From a virus (lineage: Duplodnaviria; Caudoviricetes): DNA of 64,000 nt. The position numbers were made by a program, and so were the translations under genes. Below the pieces are notes generated by a model, which did not search any database, had not been told where the DNA came from, and worked only from the letters and a program-made list of their open reading frames with translations. The stretch lies in IMG/VR virus record IMGVR_UViG_3300047539_000055; one strand, written 5' to 3'. This document shows, one piece after another, positions 1-8,942 of this stretch. Within the stretch, counting starts at the first letter, position 1, and each line of letters starts with the position of its first letter.

Positions 1-2
1 AA

Positions 3-662
3 AAATGGTTCTCTCCACTAACCATTGACAATTTTGTGATAACCTTTCGCTCTCCAACATACGAAGAGTTCACTCACTTCTCCATTGAAGAGTTCAAAAT
101 ATCCAAACAACTATACCAAATATCCATAATGGAAACTCCAGATGATTACAATGATGCAATTGCGTCATTGCTGTCCCAAAAGATAAAATTAAATTTGGAT
201 TTTGAAACTCTTTGTATTAGTAGCGTTGCCATAGATGAAAATACAACTGTAATCAACCATAACCATATCGTAGAATGGTTTAGTCAATGCGAAATATTCA
301 TTCAAAAACAAATACTTGAGTATCTTGATGCAGCCAAGAAAGAAGGATGGTTGACTGATTTTTCAATTGATTGCTCTGAATGTAAGAAAAATTTTAAAGT
401 ACCGATTGACCTTGATCCTTGTGTTCAATTCAGAAATCAACTTATTTCTGCAAGCGAAAGTGAAGTGATTGACATTATCAAGCGCTATGGAGAGGAAACC
501 AAAGCATTATCCAACGACCTCTTGAAAATGTGTCGCTATATGCATGGCAGCATTTCTTATTCAGAAGCATATGCCCTAACCACGCACGAGCGCGAATGCA
601 TAGCCAAAATTATCGAAGACAATATTGAACTAACTAAGGAATCTGGAATGTCGTTCATGTAA
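3..662 (+). CDS. Baseplate hub protein (T4 gp26-like) with a fused C-terminal gp51-like helical segment; 5' end truncated by the window
   Basis: Frame is open from position 3 (KWFSPLTIDNFVITFRSP...). CSEC motif followed by 'KVPIDLDP' as in gp26-like proteins, then a 'YMHGSISYSEAY...IIEDNIELTKESGMSF' tail typical of jumbo-phage hub assembly proteins. Confidence 0.6.
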   Translation, partial: KWFSPLTIDNFVITFRSPTYEEFTHFSIEEFKISKQLYQISIMETPDDYNDAIASLLSQKIKLNLDFETLCISSVAIDENTTVINHNHIVEWFSQCEIFIQKQILEYLDAAKKEGWLTDFSIDCSECKKNFKVPIDLDPCVQFRNQLISASESEVIDIIKRYGEETKALSNDLLKMCRYMHGSISYSEAYALTTHERECIAKIIEDNIELTKESGMSFM

Positions 663-669
663 AACACTA

Positions 670-693
670 AACCCGACCTTTGCAGGCCGGGTT
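670..693 (-). terminator. Intrinsic terminator between convergent genes
   Basis: Minus strand AACCCGGCCT-GCAA-AGGTCGGGTT: 10-bp stem with one G-U pair, GNRA loop, followed by a T-rich run. Confidence 0.75.
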
Positions 694-699
694 CATTGA

Positions 700-1443
700 T
701 TACTTGGTTTGTAACTTTTTCAAACCAGTTCCCTTTGGACGACCTGGACCACGTTGTAGCAAACTTGGATAAAGCTGATCTGCTTTCTTAGCCAAAAGTT
801 TTGCTTGTTCCAATAACTGAGAAGCGACTGCACGAAGATTTTCACCTTGTGCGCGTAAGTCAGCACTTGCAATCTGTGGTTCAACTGCAAATTTATGTGT
901 TTCTTTTCTAAGGTCTTCCACATTATCAAAATGAGGAATTGGTTGTTTGACTGGGTATGAAGGACTGCCACGCTGTTCAACGGCTTCTGCAACTGGAGGG
1001 GTTGTTGCTCTGGCTGTTGCAGACTTGGTTTTGCGATTCAATCCCTTGTTTTCCTCAAAGTCTTCGAGTTTTTTCAAAGCATCGCCGCCATTCTCAATTT
1101 TTGTGAGATACTCGTTGAGTTCATTGAGTCTGATTTTATTGCTGGATTCGTAACCAAATGGAGTTGCGAACACTTGGTTCGCAGGAACTTTCTTCAAATG
1201 TCCCTCAGAATGAAGAACAAAACCCAAATTTCTATGATCTTCCAAAAATACATTTTCAAGAACAGTTGCAAATTCCTTTGCTTCCTGACCTTCGGGAGTA
1301 TCAAGAGCCGCCTTTAGTGCCTGATAATAGCGGGGTGGAAGTTTATCATCGTAAACCACAAGTGCCATATGATCTTCATTTGGCATTTTGTTCAAAATAA
1401 TTGTAATTTTTTGGGCATTAAATAGCCCTACGTGTTTCTTCAT
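700..1443 (-). CDS. Conserved jumbo-phage hypothetical protein with C-terminal AT-hook-like motif
   Basis: Start reassigned to the ATG at 1443 (AGGAG 7 nt upstream, TAAATA at 1478-1483). MKKHVG...EDHMALVVY N-terminus; GRPKG near the C-terminus. Confidence 0.7.
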   Translation of the reverse strand: MKKHVGLFNAQKITIILNKMPNEDHMALVVYDDKLPPRYYQALKAALDTPEGQEAKEFATVLENVFLEDHRNLGFVLHSEGHLKKVPANQVFATPFGYESSNKIRLNELNEYLTKIENGGDALKKLEDFEENKGLNRKTKSATARATTPPVAEAVEQRGSPSYPVKQPIPHFDNVEDLRKETHKFAVEPQIASADLRAQGENLRAVASQLLEQAKLLAKKADQLYPSLLQRGPGRPKGTGLKKLQTK

Positions 1444-1545
1444 TGTAAATCTCCTGGCGTATTTTCCTACGCGCAAGTATTTAGCATCGGAAACAAAAAT
1501 TAGGCAATTATAATTCATAATTATTTGGTTTTTGACACAAAAAAG

Positions 1546-1571
1546 TTGACCCACTCGTAAAAGTGGGTCAA
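1546..1571 (-). terminator. Intrinsic terminator after the vWA-peptidase gene
   Basis: TTGACCCACT/AGTGGGTCAA 10-bp inverted repeat followed by a T-run on the minus strand. Confidence 0.75.
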
Positions 1572-1605
1572 AAGTCGGACAAGTAAAACAAATTAATGGA
1601 GAAAC

Positions 1606-2967
1606 TTATTCATCGGCAGTGGTGTTATCGTCAAAGTAAGCGTGCATTCCAAACGGAGGAACCACATTTGAACCCTTGAGAATCCAAACTGTTGGGCAAT
1701 AATTTTCATCGCCAAAGTCGCCAACATAACCATCTGTGAAGATTACAAGCCTTTCAGGAACAAAACCTTCATCCTTCATATAGCGGAAGATTGCTCCACC
1801 ATCTGTACCGCCGCCACCTAGTGGAATGTAAGAGCAAATATTTTCGCCATTTTCACTGGTAAAAGTTTGATCTGCATAACACTTGGTATCAAAACAGAAA
1901 ACGCGAATCTCATACATTGGATATTGTTGCATGATTCCAGCAACTTCTGAAAGAAATTCCTGAACCATTTTCGGTGTAATACTTCCAGACATATCCAAAG
2001 CACATGCAATCTTCAGCATTGGCATTTCAGTCATACCAGGAAGTATGCAATCCAAATCCCATCCCTTACGATTGACGCGAAGAAAACTGTAATCGGCAGG
2101 AACGATGCTGTTAAGCTGGCACTGAAGTAATTCTTTCCAGTTCATCTTTGGTGCAAGCAAATCATTGACGAGTCGCTGAACACCCGCTGGAAGATTACCA
2201 ATTCCAGTAAGATTTGCTGAATTGATGATATTCTGCTTGAGTTCGGCCTTGAGTTGCTTACGCTCCTCTTCAGTCATCTTTGCAGGGCCACTAGGACTAG
2301 GGCCGTTGCCTTCCTTACCATCTTTACTTTTGCTGGAATTATTACCGTTGAGATGCTCATCCAAAAGTTTGTCAAGCATATCGTCAAGAGATTTTCCAGC
2401 GTTCGGATCATTCTTCTGCTTTTTCAGAAGATCGTCATAAACCTTTTCACTACTCCAGCCACGATATTTAAGATCGTGCAATCCTGGAACTGTCGTGGGG
2501 AATGTGCCAACCTTGGCAAGAATCAATTCATCATTGACAATGTAATCTTGCGCACAATTTGCAAGCTGATGATCCATGCCATAATCAGTTGTACGGCAAA
2601 TGTGATCGTAAACCATATGCAAAACTTCATGCGCAAGAACGAAAACCAATTCATCCATTTCAAGCGCATTCACAAAAGCGTGATTGTAATACATATATTT
2701 GCCGTCAACGGCCATTGTAGAAAGCCAAGAATCGGCAGGAAAAATTTGGAGACGAGAAATAAGCGTACCAAAAAACGGCTGTTGGAAAAGCATCTTCACA
2801 CGAGCCCTGATAATCTTGGTTTCTACTATCTTATGAAAATCTTTGGGAATTGGTTCATCGGTAAGACGGCAAGCCTTCTGAGCCTTCAAGTCTTCTGCAC
2901 TAGCAGTCGCCATTGTCAACATATTGATTTGGTCTGCTGTGATTACGGGAGTGATGCTATTTCTCAT
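1606..2967 (-). CDS. HEXXH metallopeptidase-like domain + vWA domain (DUF2201-type), partner of the MoxR ATPase
   Basis: AHEVLH zinc motif; MIDAS DMSGS, GGGGTD and FTDG motifs; adjacent to the AAA gene. Confidence 0.9.
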   Translation of the reverse strand: MRNSITPVITADQINMLTMATASAEDLKAQKACRLTDEPIPKDFHKIVETKIIRARVKMLFQQPFFGTLISRLQIFPADSWLSTMAVDGKYMYYNHAFVNALEMDELVFVLAHEVLHMVYDHICRTTDYGMDHQLANCAQDYIVNDELILAKVGTFPTTVPGLHDLKYRGWSSEKVYDDLLKKQKNDPNAGKSLDDMLDKLLDEHLNGNNSSKSKDGKEGNGPSPSGPAKMTEEERKQLKAELKQNIINSANLTGIGNLPAGVQRLVNDLLAPKMNWKELLQCQLNSIVPADYSFLRVNRKGWDLDCILPGMTEMPMLKIACALDMSGSITPKMVQEFLSEVAGIMQQYPMYEIRVFCFDTKCYADQTFTSENGENICSYIPLGGGGTDGGAIFRYMKDEGFVPERLVIFTDGYVGDFGDENYCPTVWILKGSNVVPPFGMHAYFDDNTTADE

Positions 2968-2973
2968 ATTCTT

Positions 2974-3001
2974 ATTATACCACTTTCATAGGAAAAAGCA
3001 A
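2974..3001 (-). promoter_or_regulatory. Sigma70-like promoter (TTGCTT ... TGGTATAAT), probably leaderless
   Basis: Extended -10 TGGTATAAT lies 6 nt upstream of the ATG at 2967; no SD sequence. Confidence 0.65.
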
Positions 3002-3326
3002 CTGTTTTTACAACTGATCTAAATGCCGTTTTAAGGGGTTTCTAACTCAAAACCATGCTAGGACACGTCCAAACCCCTTAGAGCCTCAAATACGTCGAAT
3101 TCCACTTTTTTGACCCTTTAGAATCAGTAAGTTGGAAATGCTAATTTACAGGTCAGATAGCTAAAATATAAGAGTGGCACCGTAACCAAGAATTCAGTCA
3201 AAACCATTGTTACGGCGGTCTAGGCCACCCCTAAACTGTTGAAAAGGGTTGGGTTAGGGGTAGTCCATAGCGGCCAATTATGAACATCGCTAAGTCATTA
3301 CGACTACCCCTAAACTGTTGATTCTA

Positions 3327-4544
3327 TTATGCTTCCTTCATATACGGGAAGTAGCACTCGGCCATTTTCGGCCACGTCTTCAACTTCGTCATATCAGTAC
3401 TAGACGAAAAGTTGTAGTTTGAAACTGCCATTCTCATTGCCATAATTCCGATTTCCAAAGAAATCTGACCAATGATGAAGGTGTTGAAAGTATCAAACAT
3501 ACGCACCCACTCAGTCTCCAACTTTGGAGAGTTCCACTTTCTCTGCGGAACCTTCTTGTTGTTGCCGACGACAGTAAACGAATCAAGCAAAGTCGTATTG
3601 CTATGCCAGTAATCGCGCATCTCATACAGCATGTTGATGATCAGTTGATAGTGAGCGGAAATCTCCTTTGTCTTGATTTCCTTCACCTTGCCGCTCAGAA
3701 TATCGCAAGCCTTCGGCAAATTCTTGCCAACCTTGAGAAAATTCATATACTTTACTGCGGAACCATCGCCAACGGCAGAACCAACCAAACTACGAATTTC
3801 ACTGTCTGACATTGGATCTTCGGGTGTATCCGTGGAAAGCAACTTGCTTACAAACTCCCAAGAACGGGGAGTTGGAAAACTCTTGCTTGCGCTGTTCGGA
3901 TCAAAATCGTACAATTCACCCTTATTAGTTGTGATATATGCGATAACATCAGAATGGATGTTGGACGCAAGCGCCCAGTCAAGCCAGCTAAAAAAATCAA
4001 CCTTTAGATCAAAGTGAAGCAGACGGTTTGCAAGCGGAGCGGCGAGGCGGTAAGTAACGCCACGGTCACTATCACGGTTTCCAGCCGCAAAAACTACGCA
4101 ATTGTCAGGGAGAACATAATCGCCGCAACGACGATCAAGGACGAGTTCATACGCAGCCGCCTGAACTGCTGGCGGTGCAGAATTCATTTCGTCAAGAAAG
4201 AGAACAACAGTCTTATACTTCTTTGCAGTTGCTTCAGAAGGAAGACGAGACGGAGGCGCAAACTTCATGGTACGGCTTGTCTCAAAGCCAGTAACAGGAT
4301 CAAAAGTCTTGTCAAGATAAGGAATGCCGATAATGTCAGTAGGAGACATTTGGCTGAGACGCATATCAAAACAGATACCGCCCTCTTCCTTGGCTAAAGC
4401 CTGAATAATAGACGACTTACCAACACCTGGTCCAGCCCATAGAAAGGCAGGAAGTTTAACTCTCATACAACGCTTCAAACGCGGGATGAGTTCGTTGATA
4501 GTTAATTCTTCTCTCGTGTTTACGGCTTCTGAACGGGTTGCCAT
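3327..4544 (-). CDS. MoxR-family AAA+ ATPase
   Basis: Walker A GPGVGKS, Walker B LFLDE, AAGN sensor, 'LANR' arginine finger, PTPRSW. Confidence 0.92.
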   Translation of the reverse strand: MATRSEAVNTREELTINELIPRLKRCMRVKLPAFLWAGPGVGKSSIIQALAKEEGGICFDMRLSQMSPTDIIGIPYLDKTFDPVTGFETSRTMKFAPPSRLPSEATAKKYKTVVLFLDEMNSAPPAVQAAAYELVLDRRCGDYVLPDNCVVFAAGNRDSDRGVTYRLAAPLANRLLHFDLKVDFFSWLDWALASNIHSDVIAYITTNKGELYDFDPNSASKSFPTPRSWEFVSKLLSTDTPEDPMSDSEIRSLVGSAVGDGSAVKYMNFLKVGKNLPKACDILSGKVKEIKTKEISAHYQLIINMLYEMRDYWHSNTTLLDSFTVVGNNKKVPQRKWNSPKLETEWVRMFDTFNTFIIGQISLEIGIMAMRMAVSNYNFSSSTDMTKLKTWPKMAECYFPYMKEA

Positions 4545-4581
4545 TATGTTTAATTTCCTTTCGGTTTCTTGCTACTGTTTT

Positions 4582-4610
4582 ATAATAGCAAGGTTTGGTA
4601 TATTTGTCAA
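4582..4610 (-). promoter_or_regulatory. Sigma70-like promoter for the MoxR gene
   Basis: TTGACA-17nt-TATTAT, with SD AAAGGA before the ATG. Confidence 0.7.
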
Positions 4611-4630
4611 TAGCAAATCTGTGGAAAACT

Positions 4631-4738
4631 TTACTTTCTTGTAGAAATCTTTGCCAGTACAAGACGATACTTGTATTGCAAAAGCAAAATCGGAGTCATT
4701 ACAACAGTTGCAATGCTCAATCCAAGCAGAACGGTCAT
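4631..4738 (-). CDS. Small hydrophobic peptide, 35 aa (MTVLLGLSIATVVMTPILLLQYKYRLVLAKISTRK)
   Basis: Below the ORF-track cutoff. Strong SD GAGAGGA, own promoter upstream, one predicted TM helix plus a basic tail. Confidence 0.6.
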   Translation of the reverse strand: MTVLLGLSIATVVMTPILLLQYKYRLVLAKISTRK

Positions 4739-4882
4739 GTTTTCCTCTCATTTACAAATCAAAACAAATTGCCCCGTTACAATCTCATAATCTACCTGAA
4801 CCCCATACACCAAACGATTCAGTTAAGTGCTATCCATCATGAAGCGGGTTTACTTGTGTTGATTCTTCTCAACTACAAATAT

Positions 4883-4911
4883 AGTATAGCAAATCCCAAA
4901 CCAAAAGTCAA
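4883..4911 (-). promoter_or_regulatory. Sigma70-like promoter TTGACT-17-TATACT with extended -10
   Basis: Near-consensus boxes with 17-nt spacing. Confidence 0.75.
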
Positions 4912-4943
4912 GATAAAAATAAACCCTTTGTTTTCATATACAT

Positions 4944-4967
4944 AAAGAGGTCCAAACGGACCTCTTT
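4944..4967 (-). terminator. Intrinsic terminator
   Basis: AAAGAGGTCC-4nt-GGACCTCTTT perfect hairpin downstream of the 2H phosphoesterase gene. Confidence 0.7.
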
Positions 4968-4997
4968 CTATGCGAATCGTCAAATTTTATTACATTC

Positions 4998-5486
4998 TTA
5001 TTTATCGTCGCTATATGAAAAATCCTCGTCAATCGTGCCAACCTTGAATTTGACAAATTCAATTTCAAAATCAGGAACTTCTTTGGGCACTTCGCCTCTA
5101 TACCTGAGAGCCAATGTAATATGTGGAACATACTCTGGATAATCAGATACCGCACCAAGTTTGATGGTTTTATCAAATAATTTTTGCGCTCTCGGTGCAG
5201 TCAAGACAAGCACAAGCATTTTATCATCACCAAAAACTTTCCACTCTTTACAAGTTGCCTTGATCGGCAACGCAACAGGAATATCTGCCACTGCTGGAAC
5301 AGATTTTGTTGAATATACTATTGTACAATGATAATCCTCAACATCAACCAGACGAGCAATACTCTGTTCTTCCATCCATTTATATAATTTTTCTCTACAT
5401 TCTTTTGTTGGCAATAAAGCCGCATAAGTTCCATGGTCTTTTGTTTTAGCCACTTCTTCTACTAAAAATTCACTGAATAATTTCAT
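4998..5486 (-). CDS. acb1: 2H phosphoesterase, T4 gp57B / anti-CBASS Acb1-like
   Basis: Two HxT motifs (YHCTIVYS, PHITLA), 'GTYAA' N-terminal strand and 'SDYPEY' as in 57B/Acb1. Confidence 0.8.
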   Translation of the reverse strand: MKLFSEFLVEEVAKTKDHGTYAALLPTKECREKLYKWMEEQSIARLVDVEDYHCTIVYSTKSVPAVADIPVALPIKATCKEWKVFGDDKMLVLVLTAPRAQKLFDKTIKLGAVSDYPEYVPHITLALRYRGEVPKEVPDFEIEFVKFKVGTIDEDFSYSDDK

Positions 5487-5893
5487 CTCAAAAATCCTTT
5501 TGCAAACTGAATAAGATCATTGTTCAAAAACATCAACATCATTGCATACTCTTCATCTGGAATGCAAAAAGTAAAATGTTCATCAAAATTGCCAAGTTTA
5601 CTACTACTTTCAATAAAATATGGACACGGCATACGACTCAATCCCAAAAGTAACGCCCCGTTCCAAGCTGGAACACTACATTCATATTTATGAAACACTA
5701 TTCCGGCTTTGGTAAACCAATTATATCCCATCTCAGTGAGTCTCATACCACTTACAGTATTGACAGGAGATACCCACCACATCACTTTCATATCCTTATC
5801 TGTAAATTCCTTCACATCCGTATTTTCAAAGAAATCAATAATCTTTTCCTTGATCTTTTGCTCCCACTCGGATTTAGACAGTCTTTCGGCCAT
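5483..5893 (-). CDS. Hypothetical protein
   Basis: 136-aa ORF overlapping both neighbours in the operon. Confidence 0.7.
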   Translation of the reverse strand: MAERLSKSEWEQKIKEKIIDFFENTDVKEFTDKDMKVMWWVSPVNTVSGMRLTEMGYNWFTKAGIVFHKYECSVPAWNGALLLGLSRMPCPYFIESSSKLGNFDEHFTFCIPDEEYAMMLMFLNNDLIQFAKGFLR

Positions 5894-6878
5894 GATTTGG
5901 ATACGCAGCGCTCAGTAATTGCGAAAATGTGTTGGCTTGATCACTAAGCCTTGTTAGCTCGTATTTACCACAGAATTTCAAAAAATATAACCCAATCTGT
6001 GGTCTATTCAATGGCACACAAGATTTATCAATGGTTTCAAAAATTGCTGTTTTGATTCTATCAGGTTGGGCTGTCAAATCCACAAGTATTTTGTTTCTTT
6101 GATAATCATCAAATACCTTATGCTCTGTACCTTGTGGGTCAGTCCAATGATGATGCATCACTGAACTCCAATCAAATCCTTGTTTATGGCGATCTTCAAA
6201 TGCGTCTTCCAATCCAAGTTTCTTTTTAGTTCCCTTTTCACGAATACCAGGATATGCACTGAAAATATTATCTGAAGAACAACCACGCATACATTTTTCA
6301 AACACACTCCATTCTGGATTTGGAGCAGCCTTCATCAACCCTGTACGCTTTTCAATTACTGGTTTTCCCTTGTAATCAAAAACGCCAGCCATAGTAGTTG
6401 TAGTATCTGCAATTCCATTGTAAATGACAACATTAGGTGCCATCAATTGTTCAAAATCTCCATCACGGCTAACAATCACATGCTCATCAAATGGATGCGA
6501 TTGTATGAAACCAGCAATCAAATCATCAGCCTCAAGAATGCTGTCTTCAAGAACAGTACAATTGGTTCTGGTTTTGATAAAATCTTGAAAGATATCAAAC
6601 GCTTCAAAAAATAGTTTTCCTTCGGCAACTTGGGCAGGTGTTTCTTTGGCTCGTTTTGCAGAGCGATTGGCCTTATATGGTTTGTATTCATCTTTTCTCC
6701 AAGAATGGCCATCAAAAGCAAACACAATATGATTTGTTTTTTGAGTTCTCCAAGATTTGCTCAGACTGGTAAACAAAATATGCAACGCCATACCAATCTT
6801 TTCATCGGCAGTTCCGCGAACCGCATATCTGGCCCTGTAGAAAAGATGTGACGCATCAACTATTAAAAATTTGTTCAT
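5874..6878 (-). CDS. rnh: 5'-3' exonuclease / T4 RNase H (FEN superfamily)
   Basis: LIVDASHL, FAFDG, YKANR, EADD, SRDGD and SDNI motifs. Confidence 0.92.
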   Translation of the reverse strand: MNKFLIVDASHLFYRARYAVRGTADEKIGMALHILFTSLSKSWRTQKTNHIVFAFDGHSWRKDEYKPYKANRSAKRAKETPAQVAEGKLFFEAFDIFQDFIKTRTNCTVLEDSILEADDLIAGFIQSHPFDEHVIVSRDGDFEQLMAPNVVIYNGIADTTTTMAGVFDYKGKPVIEKRTGLMKAAPNPEWSVFEKCMRGCSSDNIFSAYPGIREKGTKKKLGLEDAFEDRHKQGFDWSSVMHHHWTDPQGTEHKVFDDYQRNKILVDLTAQPDRIKTAIFETIDKSCVPLNRPQIGLYFLKFCGKYELTRLSDQANTFSQLLSAAYPNHGRKTV

Positions 6879-6883
6879 ACCTA

Positions 6884-6912
6884 ATTATATCATGATAGAA
6901 CGGGAGAGTCAA
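6884..6912 (-). promoter_or_regulatory. Sigma70 promoter TTGACT-17-TATAAT, leaderless for rnh
   Basis: Consensus boxes; ATG 5 nt after the -10 box. Confidence 0.75.
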
Positions 6913-7297
6913 GTTTCAAATATCTTGATATAGAAACCAAATATTCATTTATTTGGTGAGTGATTCTGGATAGATGAACAATTTCTTTTGTTTGCATTAT
7001 AATAAAATCTTCTCGTAATCGAGAATCAATATAAACCGAATCTCCCAATTGTTCAGTGACAGCAATTTGATAACTTTCCAGCAAAACTAAATCCAATTTG
7101 GTTTGACGAACTTCTTCAATTCTGTTTTCAGTAAATTCTCTGGCGGCTGCAAGACACTTCTCTTTATTGCCTTCCACAGTGAATTGTTCCAGCCCAAAAT
7201 TTACCGCCCATTTTTCTGGGCCGCGATAACTTGATCCATACAATTGATAGCAAGTGACAAGTTGCCACTTATTGCGAAGATATTCTTCATCGTTCAT
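6890..7297 (-). CDS. Hypothetical protein
   Basis: 135-aa ORF, translationally coupled to the upstream gene. Confidence 0.65.
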   Translation of the reverse strand: MNDEEYLRNKWQLVTCYQLYGSSYRGPEKWAVNFGLEQFTVEGNKEKCLAAAREFTENRIEEVRQTKLDLVLLESYQIAVTEQLGDSVYIDSRLREDFIIMQTKEIVHLSRITHQINEYLVSISRYLKLDSPVLS

Positions 7298-7599
7298 TAT
7301 GGTTTCTTGATGCCCCTACTCTTTATTCCACTTTTGCTGGTTCTCAATATTTTCAGTTCATCATTCGCAGCAATAATAGTTTTCAAATCATTCAAAACAC
7401 TATTCTCTATTTTATATGCCGCACTAGCCCAAAGCAATGGTTCATCCAAATCACTAAGAAGTGAATCCTGAACTGCTGTAAGTCTTCCTATAACTCGTGT
7501 CTTCAATCTATCCAAACTTACTGTTCCTGCACCACCCAAAATCAATACATCTGGATTATTTGGGTCTTCTGTATTCAAATTAAATAATACACCCATCAC
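7297..7599 (-). CDS. Hypothetical protein
   Basis: 100-aa ORF with SD GGAG. Confidence 0.65.
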   Translation of the reverse strand: MMGVLFNLNTEDPNNPDVLILGGAGTVSLDRLKTRVIGRLTAVQDSLLSDLDEPLLWASAAYKIENSVLNDLKTIIAANDELKILRTSKSGIKSRGIKKP

Positions 7600-7604
7600 A
7601 TCTC

Positions 7605-8006
7605 CTATGACATCTCCGAAAAATCATCAGTAATTTGCTTACGTTGAATTCGTTTTCTTTTTTCTGGATCAGCAATTTCCTGCTCATAAGTTCCAGCAAC
7701 AACATTTTCACAAATTCTATTGAACCATTGATCAACGATTGCTTGATCATCGCGACCAGAATATCCAGCCTTCACTAAACGGGCAACAAAAATAGGATTC
7801 CAATCAAGTTCAAATGCACCATTGGCAAGATCGGATGGATCAACATCCATACGCAAAATACCAACCCACGGTTCGCCTCTAGCAGTAAATTCTTCCTTTT
7901 CTGCTTGTAGTTCATTTGGAATTTTCTTTTTATTGAACTGCGCCTTCCACTTTTCTTCTTCTTTTGCTGTCTTCCAAGCATTGATAAAATTTTTCCAAAA
8001 TCCCAT
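7605..8006 (-). CDS. Conserved jumbo-phage hypothetical protein
   Basis: 'GEPWV...NGAFELDWN..FV..L...GY...DQAIVDQWF' motif; SD AGAGG. Confidence 0.75.
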   Translation of the reverse strand: MGFWKNFINAWKTAKEEEKWKAQFNKKKIPNELQAEKEEFTARGEPWVGILRMDVDPSDLANGAFELDWNPIFVARLVKAGYSGRDDQAIVDQWFNRICENVVAGTYEQEIADPEKRKRIQRKQITDDFSEMS

Positions 8007-8077
8007 GATTACCTCTCTAACATTGCTAACACATTCTTATTTACATAGTCACCGATTTTTGGTTCTGAGGTCATTTA

Positions 8078-8812
8078 TTACACAGATGCCAGAATAGTGT
8101 ATTGATGAACTGCCTGACCAGTAGTAACTGTAATCTGCATAGCACCAGCGTCAGTAATTTCCAATACCTTATCACCCGTCAATCCAAGAATTCCTTGAAT
8201 GTGAACCAACGGCCATTCACGAGGATTTTTCAACGCACCAGCTACATCGCTATGAAAAACAAATTCTCCACTATGTGTGCTGTAATCACCAAGAGAAAAA
8301 ATAAGATTTCGATTTTCTACTTTTGCAGAAAATGTACTTGTTGCTGATCCTGCGGCTTGCGCTTGATACTTCAATCGTTGGATTGCAGCGGTAGTTGGTT
8401 GAATTGAAATATTCCACTTAATATCTTTTCTTGGTCTATCAGGAAGTTGCATTTCAACAACATCACGACTCATAAAACGATATTCGTTTTTGAAATCCTT
8501 CTTGGCGTTTGAAAAAGCAATACCTGTTGGCATACTTGTTCCATTTACATCCAAGGTAGTTACCGTGATGGAAGCACCTTCCTTATATTCAGGAATATTC
8601 AAAATAGTATTCAATTTACCAAGGTCATGCAAACCAAAAACACCTTCCAATTCCTTCACCGGTTGAACAAAAGTTGAATTTAGTACAACAGTCTTATCAG
8701 CGGCCATTGCATTCAATTCAGTTGTTTCATCTGTACCTGTTACCTTGACAAGTTCCAAAAATCCCAAGGCGTGAGTGTATCCAATTATTTCTTTTAATGC
8801 ATCTAAAATCAT
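8078..8812 (-). CDS. Sliding clamp (gp45-like)
   Basis: Size (244 aa), alternating beta/alpha pattern and location near the DNA polymerase; resembles jumbo-phage clamps. Confidence 0.65.
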   Translation of the reverse strand: MILDALKEIIGYTHALGFLELVKVTGTDETTELNAMAADKTVVLNSTFVQPVKELEGVFGLHDLGKLNTILNIPEYKEGASITVTTLDVNGTSMPTGIAFSNAKKDFKNEYRFMSRDVVEMQLPDRPRKDIKWNISIQPTTAAIQRLKYQAQAAGSATSTFSAKVENRNLIFSLGDYSTHSGEFVFHSDVAGALKNPREWPLVHIQGILGLTGDKVLEITDAGAMQITVTTGQAVHQYTILASV

Positions 8813-8942
8813 AATAATATCCTTTTACTACAAATATATTATCACAAACATCTACAAAAAGCAAGAAAAATATACTAAATACAAATGCGATTCGCGGTGC
8901 AGAAAACACCCAATCGCTCTATCGCCATCCGAGGCAACAGCT

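Noticed and set aside
2254-2991. 245-aa plus-strand ORF
   Set aside because: Antisense shadow of the vWA-peptidase gene with no motifs. The same applies to 24605-25162, 31330-31890, 32462-32977 and the other short nested ORFs.
8775-8942. Extended N-termini given by the ORF track (also 1444-1554, 14625-14675, 29768-29971, 29819-29872, 34513-34554)
   Set aside because: They run through promoters or overlap divergent genes; downstream ATGs have an SD or a correctly spaced promoter.
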